IMG/VR virus record: IMGVR_UViG_3300037780_000034
Location: 160,001-224,000 of that record
DNA: 64,000 bases
Source: a virus
Taxonomy: Duplodnaviria > Caudoviricetes
Strand: one strand, 5' to 3'
Part shown: positions 1 to 8,299 of the stretch, one piece after another
How positions within the stretch are numbered: the first letter of the stretch is position 1
How the letters are laid out: each line of letters begins with the position of its first letter
Notes under the pieces: model-generated
Seen by the model: only the letters and a program-made list of their open reading frames with translations
Database searches by the model: none
What the model was told of the DNA's origin: nothing
Position numbers and translations under genes: made by a program

Positions 1-1
1 A

Positions 2-253
2 TTGAATCAACCAAAACGTGGTGGTCCTAAGAAATTTTATGTCTATGTTCGTGATCCAAAAACAAAAAATATTAAAAAAGTAAATTTTGGAGCAAGCGGA
101 ATGAGTGTAAAAGCTAATAATCCAGACAGAGTAAAGGCATTTGTTAGTAGACACGATTGTAAAAATAAAAATGATAAAACAAAACCAAGTTATTGGAGTT
201 GTAGGCTACCTAGATATAAAAGTTTAGGAATTAAAGGAGGTCAATGGTGGTAG
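2..253 (+). CDS. Conserved phage hypothetical protein (probably 5'-truncated by the window edge)
   Basis: ORF open from the window start; basic protein with GGPKKFYVYV...KVNFG...RHDC...YWSC pattern resembling T4-like marine phage hypotheticals. Confidence 0.6.
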   Translation: MNQPKRGGPKKFYVYVRDPKTKNIKKVNFGASGMSVKANNPDRVKAFVSRHDCKNKNDKTKPSYWSCRLPRYKSLGIKGGQWW

Positions 254-531
254 TAGACATTATTGACAAACCATATAATACATCTGTTATATCTGAAAAC
301 AAATTTATAAGAGAATTTTCAAAAGACGTAGATCAAGAATCACTAGTCTGGCATAGAGATAAAAAAGATAGATTGGTTAAAATCATAGAAGGTAAAGATT
401 GGTCTATACAATTTGATAACTTTATGCCAGAAAATCTTTCAGTAGGTTCAGAGTTTTATATTCCAAAAAACACATATCATAGAATAATTAAAGGAACAAC
501 TGATCTCAAGATAGAAATAACTGAATTTTAA
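244..531 (+). CDS. Hypothetical protein, possible cupin-like beta fold
   Basis: 95-aa ORF overlapping the previous stop; LVWHRD...YHRIIKG pattern. Confidence 0.55.
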   Translation: MVVVDIIDKPYNTSVISENKFIREFSKDVDQESLVWHRDKKDRLVKIIEGKDWSIQFDNFMPENLSVGSEFYIPKNTYHRIIKGTTDLKIEITEF

Positions 532-574
532 TGTTGCAAAAATACAACAAGTTTGGTTTACTGATATTTTAGTG

Positions 575-603
575 TTGCAGTCTTTCATATCATATGCTAT
601 TCT
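575..603 (+). promoter_or_regulatory. Sigma70-like promoter upstream of the OMP gene
   Basis: TTGCAG-N17-TATTCT with extended -10 TG; AGGAG SD before ATG 632. Confidence 0.55.
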
Positions 604-631
604 ATACACCTAAGTAGAAAAGGAGAAACAT

Positions 632-1228
632 ATGAAAAAACTACTAGTAACTACAGCTATCGCCCTTGGTCTATCTACCCCTGTTATGGCTGGAAACTTT
701 GATAATACTCAACTTCGCACAGTTGTTTATTCTGGAAATTTTGAATTTTCACTCTCTGGTGATACTCAGAATGGTATGGATTATGTTGGCGTTGGCTATC
801 ATTATCTTCATCATTCACTTGGTTCACTTGATGCAAACGTATTCACAGAACTATCATACGGTATGGTTACAGATGATGTAACGGTTGATCTTGAATATCA
901 AGCATATGGTGCCGCAGGATTATTTACTTTATATGGTTCAGTTGGTGTAGAATATAATGCACTAGCAAATAACTTTGGAAGCGGCACTTGGACATTTGCT
1001 CCATATGTTGGAACTTCATATGACATTTCAGAGGTTGTTGGAGTTTACGGCGAAGTTGGATATAATTGGGATATTTCAAGTAATTTTACTCGCCAAGGTG
1101 GGTATGCAGAAGTTGGACTTGATTATTTGCTAACAGAAAATGTTGCAATTACTCCTTATGTAACACGCACGTTTGATACCAATAATAATGAAACACAATT
1201 CGGTCTTGTTGTTGGACTATCATTCTAA
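632..1228 (+). CDS. Outer-membrane beta-barrel protein (porin/OmpA-like barrel) with signal peptide
   Basis: N-terminal MKKLLVTTAIALGLSTPVMA signal peptide; alternating aromatic/Gly amphipathic beta strands; C-terminal Phe (VVGLSF) typical of a BAM insertion signal. Confidence 0.8.
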   Translation: MKKLLVTTAIALGLSTPVMAGNFDNTQLRTVVYSGNFEFSLSGDTQNGMDYVGVGYHYLHHSLGSLDANVFTELSYGMVTDDVTVDLEYQAYGAAGLFTLYGSVGVEYNALANNFGSGTWTFAPYVGTSYDISEVVGVYGEVGYNWDISSNFTRQGGYAEVGLDYLLTENVAITPYVTRTFDTNNNETQFGLVVGLSF

Positions 1229-1243
1229 TAGTTTATACTGATA

Positions 1244-1272
1244 AGTAGGAGGGATATCCCTCCTACTATTTT
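1244..1272 (+). terminator. Intrinsic terminator / perfect 24-bp palindrome
   Basis: AGTAGGAGGGATATCCCTCCTACT followed by ATTTT directly after the OMP stop. Confidence 0.75.
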
Positions 1273-1290
1273 ACACCTAGCATAGGAAAT

Positions 1291-1569
1291 GTGATGGAAA
1301 AAAATACTTTGTTTATTTGTAATTGTTCTAACGCAGAACATCAATTTATCATACGATATGATTCAGATTATTATGATGAAATATGCATAAGCGTTCATCT
1401 TACACAACCCGAAACTTTTTTTAAAAGAATTAATAAAGCTGTAAAATATATTTTCGGTCATCGTAGTGATTATGGAGATTTCCAAGAAATTCTACTTGAC
1501 ATCGAACAGACTCATAAGCTAGTATCTACATTACAGAAACACTTGACAGAAATGGAAAACAAACAATGA
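1291..1569 (+). CDS. Hypothetical protein
   Basis: 92-aa ORF with AGGA SD; CNC..H motif; overlaps the next gene by ATGA. Confidence 0.6.
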   Translation: MMEKNTLFICNCSNAEHQFIIRYDSDYYDEICISVHLTQPETFFKRINKAVKYIFGHRSDYGDFQEILLDIEQTHKLVSTLQKHLTEMENKQ

Positions 1570-2672
1570 CTTATTATGTTCGCACAGGTAACACATATCG
1601 TATTATGAACGAAAGCAATGTTGAAGTAACACAACATCTTGAACCAAAAACATATAGCGTTATTCAACACCCTATGACTGGTGAATATATGCTTCAACCA
1701 ATCAATGATTTTAAACTTCCTTCTAAAATTTATGGAAAAACGAAAATTCAAGCTGAACGAATTTTGAAAACTTTTAAAAATCGTCCTCTATCTACTGGTG
1801 TTCATATGGATGGCGTCAAAGGAAGTGGTAAATCGCTTTTGGCAAAATACGTTTCTGTGATTGCACAAGAACAAAAAATTCCAACTATTGTAATTAACAA
1901 TGCATTTTGCGGAGAAGAATTTAATAAGTTTGTGCAAAGTATTGATGTTCCTGCGATTCTTCTTTTTGACGAATTTGAAAAAGTATATGATTACGAACAT
2001 CAAAATAAGATTCTAACTTTGTTTGATGGGGTGTATCCTTCAAAGAAACTATTCCTTCTTACAACAAACGATTCTTATCGTGTATCTGAATTCTTGAAAA
2101 ATCGTCCTGGCCGCATTTATTATTCATTTAAATTTGATACGCTAGAACCTTCTTTTGTTCGGGAATATTGCGAAGATAATCTTGTAGATAAATCAAAAAT
2201 TGATAATGTTGTAAACTATACAAACATTTTTAGTTTCTTCAATTTTGATATGCTTTCAGCAGCAGTTGAAGAAATGAACCGCTATAACGAAAGCTTGCAA
2301 GAAGTTCTCGGATATCTTAATATCGTTCCTGAAACTAAGAATAGCGATTCTTATATGGTAATCTTTGAGTATAAAGGAAAACTTCAAGAAATTGATAAAA
2401 CTCATACTGGATTTAATCCAAATGATTTTTTTTATAATGTTTCAAAAAAGGAACTTGAAAAAGCATTTACACCAGAAGAAGTAAATGAAATGTCTGTTAT
2501 GTTTGATGACGATCAAGACATTACTTTTGTTCCTGAAGATATTTCAATGTTTGATAACAGTTCAAATTCTTTCATCTACGGAAGAAACAATAAAGGTGTT
2601 ACGGTTAAACTGATGTTCAAGAAAAACGAAAACAAAGCTCATTATAATTTTATCAATAACTTTGCTTTCTAA
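1566..2672 (+). CDS. AAA-family ATPase
   Basis: Walker A GVKGSGKS, Walker B LLFDEFEK, RPGR arginine-finger region. Confidence 0.85.
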   Translation: MTYYVRTGNTYRIMNESNVEVTQHLEPKTYSVIQHPMTGEYMLQPINDFKLPSKIYGKTKIQAERILKTFKNRPLSTGVHMDGVKGSGKSLLAKYVSVIAQEQKIPTIVINNAFCGEEFNKFVQSIDVPAILLFDEFEKVYDYEHQNKILTLFDGVYPSKKLFLLTTNDSYRVSEFLKNRPGRIYYSFKFDTLEPSFVREYCEDNLVDKSKIDNVVNYTNIFSFFNFDMLSAAVEEMNRYNESLQEVLGYLNIVPETKNSDSYMVIFEYKGKLQEIDKTHTGFNPNDFFYNVSKKELEKAFTPEEVNEMSVMFDDDQDITFVPEDISMFDNSSNSFIYGRNNKGVTVKLMFKKNENKAHYNFINNFAF

Positions 2673-2685
2673 AACAAGTTAAAAT

Positions 2686-2713
2686 AACAGACAGGGACTA
2701 GTCCCTGTCTGTT
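2686..2713 (+). terminator. Terminator-like perfect 28-bp palindrome
   Basis: AACAGACAGGGACTAGTCCCTGTCTGTT just after the ATPase stop. Confidence 0.7.
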
Positions 2714-2731
2714 TATATTAGGATTACAATT

Positions 2732-3250
2732 ATGAATAATGAAAGAAAATATCTTGTTTTTCTAGATATTGATGGTGTATTTACATCAAGTAGAGTTCAT
2801 TATGCTCATAATGGAAGCTACGATATGTGGGCAAGATTTGATCCAATTGCAGTTGACTTTATGAATAAAATACACGATAGATATCCTGTAGAATTTGTAA
2901 TTATGTCAACTTGGAAAAATTTCATTGATTCAAAAAGTATGCAATCCGAACATTGGGTCCAGTCTGCTTTTGCAAACAGTGGGTTTAGAGGAAAGTTTGC
3001 ATCACCTTGGAAAACTGATCCAGATGAAGAATGGATCAAACAAACAATGGATCGCGGAGAAGAAGTTCTTCGTTATTTAAATACTTATGGGTCTGATGTT
3101 GAAGATTTTATTCTGTTTGATGATAACCGATATAGATTTAATGAAATTCTTCCTAAAAAACGCCTAGTGTTAACTGATTCGGAAAATGGGTTATTGTTTA
3201 AACATATGTTGAATGCACAAAGCATTATGGGAGTTTGGAAAGAAAAATGA
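2732..3250 (+). CDS. HAD-superfamily phosphatase (Swiss-Army-knife RNA-repair-like HAD)
   Basis: Motif I LVFLDIDGV, motif II IMSTWK, motif IV ILFDD. Confidence 0.75.
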   Translation: MNNERKYLVFLDIDGVFTSSRVHYAHNGSYDMWARFDPIAVDFMNKIHDRYPVEFVIMSTWKNFIDSKSMQSEHWVQSAFANSGFRGKFASPWKTDPDEEWIKQTMDRGEEVLRYLNTYGSDVEDFILFDDNRYRFNEILPKKRLVLTDSENGLLFKHMLNAQSIMGVWKEK

Positions 3251-3498
3251 ATAAATTATCTGAAAATAAGCCATATGGCCCAGGAAATACTTTTTGGTAT
3301 GTAGATGATGATGGAGAAATTATGCGTTGTCGCTGGAATGATGCTGGATGGCAAACAAGAACATTTTTTAACATCAGAAACGAAAAAACAAATTCTAGTG
3401 AATATGAATATCTAAGACTTCTTAGAGAAGCATATGAAAGCGGAATGCGTGATCAACTTACAATAATTCAAAATTGTTTAGGAATAAAACAAAAATGA
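3247..3498 (+). CDS. Hypothetical protein
   Basis: ORF coupled to the HAD stop (ATGA overlap); start 3247 preferred over 3235. Confidence 0.55.
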   Translation: MNKLSENKPYGPGNTFWYVDDDGEIMRCRWNDAGWQTRTFFNIRNEKTNSSEYEYLRLLREAYESGMRDQLTIIQNCLGIKQK

Positions 3499-3731
3499 AA
3501 TATGAATTAAGATACTATCCAACTGGTATAGGATATGAGCAAGTTGAAGAAGGCGTATATGAAGAACGTGATATTCCTGAAATTATATTAGTGAGAATTA
3601 TTGACGCAAGCAATGAAGAACAAAAACAAATAAAAGAATATTGTGATTTATATCATATACACCATATTTCTAATTTAATATATTTTGATCATATGAATGA
3701 CAGATTGCAATTTTTATTAACATTTGGATAA
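3495..3731 (+). CDS. Hypothetical protein
   Basis: ORF in an operon-like chain; AGGA SD before ATG 3495. Confidence 0.55.
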   Translation: MKYELRYYPTGIGYEQVEEGVYEERDIPEIILVRIIDASNEEQKQIKEYCDLYHIHHISNLIYFDHMNDRLQFLLTFG

Positions 3732-3734
3732 AAG

Positions 3735-3929
3735 ATGACAGAACGTGAAAAAGAATTATTAGGAACTATTGAAGGTCTTGTAAACTGGATTTCTGCATTA
3801 CGAGAACTGGTTGATAACACAGATTGTAACCCAGATAATATTGAAGATTTTTCAGAAGTATTATTGGCTAGTGATCTTCAAAGAATTTCTGGCGAAAATA
3901 TATTAGAAAAATATGGATTTAGAAAATGA
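3735..3929 (+). CDS. Hypothetical protein
   Basis: 64-aa ORF tightly packed between neighbours. Confidence 0.55.
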   Translation: MTEREKELLGTIEGLVNWISALRELVDNTDCNPDNIEDFSEVLLASDLQRISGENILEKYGFRK

Positions 3930-4270
3930 AACAAATGTTGGTGATGAGAAAAGATTTAAATATGAGAAAAGGGAAACTCATTGCACAAGGTGCACACGCA
4001 AGTATGAAAGCTACACTTGAAAACCTTGATCATCCAAGTGTAAAACAATGGCTAGACGGGCCGTTTACAAAAATTGCAGTTTCTGTTGAATCAGAAGAAG
4101 AATTACTTGAAGTAATGAATAATGCAAAAGAAGCAGGTCTTATCACTGCTTTGATTACCGATGCAGGACGAACTGAGTTCAATGGTGTTCCTACTAATAC
4201 CTGCATTGCAGTTGGACCAGCTACAAATGAACAATTACAGTCAATAACAGGACATTTGAAATTATTATGA
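3926..4270 (+). CDS. pth2: Peptidyl-tRNA hydrolase, Pth2 family
   Basis: KQMLVMRKDLNMRKGKLIAQGAHAS and DAGRTE...TCIAVGP signature motifs. Confidence 0.92.
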   Translation: MKQMLVMRKDLNMRKGKLIAQGAHASMKATLENLDHPSVKQWLDGPFTKIAVSVESEEELLEVMNNAKEAGLITALITDAGRTEFNGVPTNTCIAVGPATNEQLQSITGHLKLL

Positions 4271-4369
4271 AAACAATATGTCCTAACACATTTGAACACG
4301 TTGGAAAATCTTGCGGGTATAACTGTATATGTTTTAAAACAAAACTCAAAAAACAAAAGGAGAAATAAG

Positions 4370-4939
4370 ATGGAAGTATTTTTAGCAGCAGCAGGAGGAA
4401 CTTGGTTTGCGGTCTTTGTTCTTCTAATATTTATATTAGGAATTGCCACATCAGAATTTGATAGTTTTTTTGGTGGAATGATTACATTAATAATTGGACT
4501 ACTTGGTTTAGATTTTATATTTGGTTATCCAATTATTCAATCAATTATTGGAAATCCTCTAATTATTTTACTATCAGGAGCAATCTACATCGCAATTGGT
4601 TCTGCATATACTGCTATTTGGAAATGGCCAGATTACATACGAAGTAAGTCAGATAATATAGAATCAAATTACCAAAGTTGGAAAAAAAGAAGACTAAGTG
4701 ATAATGAACCTTGCACGTTTGAAGATTTTCTTGAATCAGATGGTTATAGTTATTATGTAGCATCTAATAACAAAAATAAATTATCTACTTGGGTATTAAT
4801 GTGGCCATTTTCAATGTTTTGGGAAGTCTCAAGAAAGCCAGCAATTTGGGTATTTAATACATCATACAAAATGTTAGGAAATATGTTTGAAATCGTAGGG
4901 AAAAATACTGCAAGAAAAATACATAAAACTAAAAAATAA
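4370..4939 (+). CDS. Multi-pass membrane protein
   Basis: Three N-terminal hydrophobic helices; AGGAG SD supports ATG 4370 rather than 4292. Confidence 0.7.
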   Translation: MEVFLAAAGGTWFAVFVLLIFILGIATSEFDSFFGGMITLIIGLLGLDFIFGYPIIQSIIGNPLIILLSGAIYIAIGSAYTAIWKWPDYIRSKSDNIESNYQSWKKRRLSDNEPCTFEDFLESDGYSYYVASNNKNKLSTWVLMWPFSMFWEVSRKPAIWVFNTSYKMLGNMFEIVGKNTARKIHKTKK

Positions 4940-4966
4940 GTATAAATACAAGAAGGGAGAATAAAG

Positions 4967-5299
4967 ATGAAAAAAATCTTACTATCTATCCTTTTTGTAT
5001 TTTATTTGTTTCCAGCAAATGCATATACGTTTTCTGGAAATTGTGTTCAATATGATATATATGAATACTTTTTAATTGCAAAGTTTGATATGAAATTATA
5101 TTCGTGGGCAGTCACAGAAAACGGAACTAAAACAATATGGCTTTTTGTTAATGAACAAAAACATTTTGCTACAATAACAGTAGGTTTAAATGGATGTTCT
5201 ACTTTAATGATGCCAGAAGACCAGTTGTCTTTTTTCAAAAGAAAAGAATCATCTATACCAGGTCATGTATTGCCGTTTTCTTTTGGTGAAAATCTATAA
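4967..5299 (+). CDS. Hypothetical exported protein
   Basis: MKKILLSILFVFYLFPANA signal peptide; GGAG SD. Confidence 0.6.
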   Translation: MKKILLSILFVFYLFPANAYTFSGNCVQYDIYEYFLIAKFDMKLYSWAVTENGTKTIWLFVNEQKHFATITVGLNGCSTLMMPEDQLSFFKRKESSIPGHVLPFSFGENL

Positions 5300-5305
5300 T
5301 TCTAC

Positions 5306-5334
5306 TTGACGAATCACTATAGTTTGTGTATTAT
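5306..5334 (+). promoter_or_regulatory. Sigma70-like promoter
   Basis: TTGACG-N17-TATTAT. Confidence 0.75.
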
Positions 5335-5364
5335 ACTCGTATAGAAACTAAAGGATAGTAAATT

Positions 5365-5931
5365 ATGAAACTGAACTTGAGAAAATCCAGTGCATTACAA
5401 GAAAGTTTAAAGCAATTTATTACACAGAATATGCCAACTTCTGACGTAAGAATTAATCAATATGAAGACGTAAATTCTCAGTTGCAAAAAGCAGAAACTC
5501 TATTTACAGAACAGACTAATTCATTTTTTCTTTTTTCAGATATTCTATATGAAATTAGAAAAAAAGTATCAACTGCAAATCAAATATCAGGAATAAATGA
5601 TATATTGACAAACGTTGCTTTAATTGATAAGAAAATTCAATTTTTATCTAGATTAATAAATTCAGGTGAAATGATTTCATCAGAAGTATTGACTGGAAAA
5701 CTTGAAAAACTAAAAACACGTGATGAATCGTCATACTATAGTGACAGTAATGATAATGTTATTACAAGTATAATTTCATCTGAAAAAATGTTAGAATTTA
5801 CAGAAACACTAAAGTTTTTGAAAAAAGAAAAACAAAGTTTACAGGATAAGTTGTTAGAATTAAATATTTCTAACTATATAGAACTATCTGATGAAATTGT
5901 TTCTATTTTACAAAAAGAATCCCTTATATAA
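5365..5931 (+). CDS. Helical/coiled-coil hypothetical protein
   Basis: 188-aa ORF with its own promoter and AAGGA SD; heptad-rich; followed by a structured non-coding region. Confidence 0.7.
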   Translation: MKLNLRKSSALQESLKQFITQNMPTSDVRINQYEDVNSQLQKAETLFTEQTNSFFLFSDILYEIRKKVSTANQISGINDILTNVALIDKKIQFLSRLINSGEMISSEVLTGKLEKLKTRDESSYYSDSNDNVITSIISSEKMLEFTETLKFLKKEKQSLQDKLLELNISNYIELSDEIVSILQKESLI

Positions 5932-5934
5932 TAG

Positions 5935-6206
5935 GGGTGTGTATGCAGGTTGAATTCAATCTGCATATCGGAGCAAGAAAGTAATAGAACACAGAAATAG
6001 ATAACTTTTACTCGTTATCAGAAATCCAGTTAGGAATCAAGCCTTGAAAGCTTTATTAAATTTGTGTGATCCAGAATTAAAAATATATTATATATGTTTT
6101 TTGTTATTTGCTGTCTGGGTATATACATAAATTTGTGTATTGATAATTGATTTTTGTAATTTGTTTAATTTCTGTTAATATCTTTCTTGTTCCTTTTATT
6201 AAAAGG
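5935..6206 (+). ncRNA. Candidate structured non-coding RNA or cis-element (~270 nt)
   Basis: Nested pairings: TATGCAGGTTGAA/TTCAATCTGCATA; GGAGCAAGAAAG (5970-81) with CTTTCTTGTTCC (6182-93); ACAGAAAT/ATTTCTGT; GATAAC/GTTATC; AAATTTGTGT..TCCAGA with TCTGGG..ACATAAATTT. No ORF of 60 aa or more in the track. Confidence 0.55.
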
Positions 6207-6215
6207 AATTATTAA

Positions 6216-6458
6216 ATGACATATATAAATTATCCAACCGGATTACCCATTCAACAATATGGATGGATTTGTTCAAAATGCGGAAGAAGTAATTCACCAT
6301 CTACGCCAACATGTTTTTGCTGGACAGGAGCATCACAATATCCATCAACTAATCCTACACTTCCGTGGTTTACAGTTAGTTCTACTATTGGATATACAGA
6401 ACAAGAAACGTCAACTGCAGATATATCAACTATAACTTATAGAACAAATGCAATTTAA
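6216..6458 (+). CDS. Small zinc-ribbon-like protein
   Basis: GWICSKCGRSNSPSTPTCFC cysteine cluster. Confidence 0.55.
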   Translation: MTYINYPTGLPIQQYGWICSKCGRSNSPSTPTCFCWTGASQYPSTNPTLPWFTVSSTIGYTEQETSTADISTITYRTNAI

Positions 6459-6831
6459 AGTATTAGTTTGTGGTGGCAGAGATTATACTAACAAAGATAA
6501 AGTTTTTGAAACTTTAGATATGATTAAAGAAATATGTGAAAATAATATTATTAATTCATCAGAAATAGTAATAATACACGGCGGCGCGCGCGGCGCAGAC
6601 AATCTAGCAGGAATGTGGGCAAAAGCAAATAACATTCAATCAAATGTATATCTCGCAGATTGGAAAGCATATGGAAATCGTGCAGGACCGATAAGAAATC
6701 AATTAATGTTAAAATCAGAAAATCCAGATATAGTAGTTGCATTTCCAGGAGGAAATGGAACTAATCATATGGTATCAATAGCAAGAAAAAATAACACAGA
6801 AGTTTATATAGTAGAGGATAAAGATGAGTAA
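6448..6831 (+). CDS. YspA/SLOG-family nucleotide-binding protein (DUF2493-like)
   Basis: [29 protein letters not shown] motifs. Confidence 0.85.
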   Translation: MQFKVLVCGGRDYTNKDKVFETLDMIKEICENNIINSSEIVIIHGGARGADNLAGMWAKANNIQSNVYLADWKAYGNRAGPIRNQLMLKSENPDIVVAFPGGNGTNHMVSIARKNNTEVYIVEDKDE

Positions 6832-7417
6832 TTTTATACCAAGTGTAATAGAAAAAAATTCACACGGTGAACGAGCATATGACTTATATAGTCGTCTTTT
6901 AAAAGATCGCATTGTTATGCTTAATGGTCAGGTAGATGACAATTCTGCAAATATTGTAATTGCACAGCTTCTTTTTTTAGAAAGCGAAAACCCAGAAAAA
7001 CCAATTAAATTTTATATCAACAGTCCCGGTGGTGTAATAACATCTGGATTAGCGATTCGTTCAACTATGATGTATATTAACTCTCCTGTTCATACAATCG
7101 TTATGGGGCAAGCTTGCTCAATGGGAAGCGTATTAGCACAGTCAGGAGAAGCAGGGCATCGTTATATACTACCAGATTCACGAATTATGGTCCATCAACC
7201 AAGCGGCGGTGCACGAGGTATGGCTAGTGACATAGAAATTTCTTATAAAGAAATACAATATCTTAAAAATAGATTAACAGAAATTTATGTAGAGCATAAT
7301 ACAAAAAATAAAACATATGAAGATTTTGAAAGAATAATGGATCGTGATACTTTTATGAATCCACAGGAAGCAATAGATTTTGGGTTAGCAGATGAAATTG
7401 TTGTAAAAAATAAATAA
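6824..7417 (+). CDS. clpP: ATP-dependent Clp protease proteolytic subunit
   Basis: [18 protein letters not shown], catalytic Ser (ACSMG), His (MVHQP) and Asp (RDTFM). Confidence 0.97.
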   Translation: MSNFIPSVIEKNSHGERAYDLYSRLLKDRIVMLNGQVDDNSANIVIAQLLFLESENPEKPIKFYINSPGGVITSGLAIRSTMMYINSPVHTIVMGQACSMGSVLAQSGEAGHRYILPDSRIMVHQPSGGARGMASDIEISYKEIQYLKNRLTEIYVEHNTKNKTYEDFERIMDRDTFMNPQEAIDFGLADEIVVKNK

Positions 7418-7439
7418 CCAATAATATAAGGAGAAATAG

Positions 7440-7946
7440 GTGAACAAACGTTTTAAGATAATTATTATTGGTTATGGAAGACACGGTAAAGACACAGTAT
7501 GTGATATTTTAAAAGAAAAATATAATTACAACTTTATGAGCAGTAGCGAATTTTGTGCAGAAATTGTAGTATATCCAAAATTAAAAGATATTTACAATTA
7601 TAATTCTGTAAAAGAATGCTACGAAGACAGACATAATCATAGAAAAGAATGGTTTGATTTGATAATATCGTATAATAATACTGATTTATCAAAATTAGGA
7701 AAAGAAATATTTTCTCAATATGACATATACTGTGGGCTAAGAAGAAAAGAAGAATTGATTTCACTTAAAGAAAACAATGTATGTGATTATATTTTTTGGG
7801 TAGATGCATCAAAAAGACTACCACCAGAAGACAATAGTTCTTGCACAGTAACACCGGAAATGGCAGATTATATAATAGACAACAATAGTGATTTAGACAA
7901 TTTATATAAAAATGTAGAATATGTTATGAAACAAATATGTTATTGA
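7440..7946 (+). CDS. P-loop nucleotide kinase (dNMP-kinase-like)
   Basis: IIIIGYGRHGKDT P-loop; GTG start with AGGAG SD. Confidence 0.7.
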   Translation: MNKRFKIIIIGYGRHGKDTVCDILKEKYNYNFMSSSEFCAEIVVYPKLKDIYNYNSVKECYEDRHNHRKEWFDLIISYNNTDLSKLGKEIFSQYDIYCGLRRKEELISLKENNVCDYIFWVDASKRLPPEDNSSCTVTPEMADYIIDNNSDLDNLYKNVEYVMKQICY

Positions 7947-8176
7947 AGTCCACTAAGTTGTTTTATTCTTTCTAAATCATTTTCTTTTGATTTATTAATA
8001 GAGCCATCATAAATTTCTTTATAATCTTTCATAGTAATAGGATGCATTTTACTAATTTTAGTAGCTATTTCTGCGATATAATGTAATTCTGCATCTTCTT
8101 TAACTTCTTCACGTGCCAATTCTAATAATCTTAAAAATGTAGGAACGTCTATAACTATTTTATCAATCTTATCCAT
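7940..8176 (-). CDS. Small late protein (possible head-internal protein)
   Basis: AGGAG SD, upstream TATAAATA late promoter, C-terminal RIKQLSGL motif. Confidence 0.7.
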   Translation of the reverse strand: MDKIDKIVIDVPTFLRLLELAREEVKEDAELHYIAEIATKISKMHPITMKDYKEIYDGSINKSKENDLERIKQLSGLQ

Positions 8177-8204
8177 CTTATTTCTCCTAATATATTATTA
8201 TATT

Positions 8205-8212
8205 TATTTATA
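8205..8212 (-). promoter_or_regulatory. T4-type late promoter TATAAATA
   Basis: Exact TATAAATA on the - strand 29 nt upstream of ORF 7940-8176. Confidence 0.65.
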
Positions 8213-8226
8213 ATACGATTTATCAG

Positions 8227-8255
8227 TTGACAACGTTATAGGTTTGATATATAGT
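8227..8255 (+). promoter_or_regulatory. Sigma70-like promoter of the topoisomerase operon
   Basis: TTGACA-N17-TATAGT. Confidence 0.8.
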
Positions 8256-8299
8256 AGTGCTAACCATAAAAACAAAATACTAGGAGTCAGTTACAAACA

